Assembly: GCA_034780895.1 (NCBI GenBank)
Contig: JAUZTB010000017.1
Coordinates: forward strand, 23,508,972-23,572,971
Reading direction: 5' to 3'
Length of the DNA stretch: 64,000 nucleotides
Origin: Rhynchobatus australiae
Taxonomy: Eukaryota
Numbering within the stretch: the stretch's first letter is position 1; each line of letters begins with the position of its first letter. Under the pieces are notes generated by a model, which was not told where the DNA came from, ran no database searches, and saw nothing but the letters and a program-made list of their open reading frames with translations. This document shows positions 63,461 to 64,000 of the stretch, piece by piece. The translations under genes were made by a program, and so were the position numbers.

Positions 63461-64000
63461 TATAAATTTTCATTGGAATTGTAATAAAAGACTTTTTTTG
63501 TTGCAGGGAGTTGGGGGTGGGGGGGGTGCAGTTGGTGGCTGGTGAAAGGGCTGCAACAAACAAAGTAATGTCAGAAGTGTCTAAAGACATATGGGTAGGT
63601 TAATTTGGGGTTTAAAATGGGCAGCCCGGACTTGTTGGGCCAGAAGGGCCTGTTACCAAGCTTTAAATAAAATTTTTTAAAAACTTAAAAAATTTAAAAA
63701 ACTGAGTTAATTGTGAGTCATGCATGGTGGTAAATAACTAGAGTTGCTTAGGAGCAGCATAGGTAAAAATAACATGTTTCCTGAATTCTGTGGCCCCCTG
63801 CTGCTTGTCCATTGACCACAGAGTCACATCCTGGATTCAGTACGTTGTTTGTGGTGTTTCACTCTGAGCTCTCCAATTCCCCAAATAGCTTCTGAACCCT
63901 GCATTGTCCAGTCTCGAATACCCTATTGTACCTTGACTCTGGCTTGCCAAAGGCCACATGCTGCCAGGCTTTAAAGAGCGAAAGTACATCAATAAATGAT

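Noticed and set aside
1-64000. CRISPR array, operon or other prokaryotic system
   Set aside because: Vertebrate repeat-rich DNA; repeats are dispersed, with no repeat-spacer periodicity and no gene-dense segment

Overview
Vertebrate genomic DNA, AT-rich and dominated by transposable-element fossils. The repeat families (Penelope-like elements, CR1/HER1-type LINEs, V-SINE/HE1, DeuSINE, RTE, Rex1/Babar, L2, Tx1, Harbinger) point to a cartilaginous fish, probably a ray or skate; this is an inference. The scaffold is a draft with many N gaps, several of which are contig overlaps. There is no long intact ORF: the ORF track is repeat debris, chance ORFs or read-through of N runs. A CpG island at about 13.1-15.0 kb holds a candidate first exon (donor TCG|GTGAGT after 13475) of a + strand gene, with tentative small exons at 29.1, 53.4, 55.8 and 63.1 kb. 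I cannot name the gene. The most interesting signal is the abundant Penelope-like terminal repeat. It carries a minimal type-I hammerhead ribozyme motif (CAGTC-CTGANGA-stem II-GAAA-CG-TH-GACTG) and repeatedly occurs as 130-210 bp fold-back mini-elements, several with 10-18 bp target-site duplications and with the fold axis at or near the ribozyme. Also notable: a 253-bp LTR family in three copies, two of which share one TSD across 1.2 kb of non-retroviral sequence, and a twin-priming-type 5' inversion in a Penelope copy. Repeat-family calls come from motif recognition and recalled consensus sequences, not from database searches. Boundaries of old repeats are approximate.
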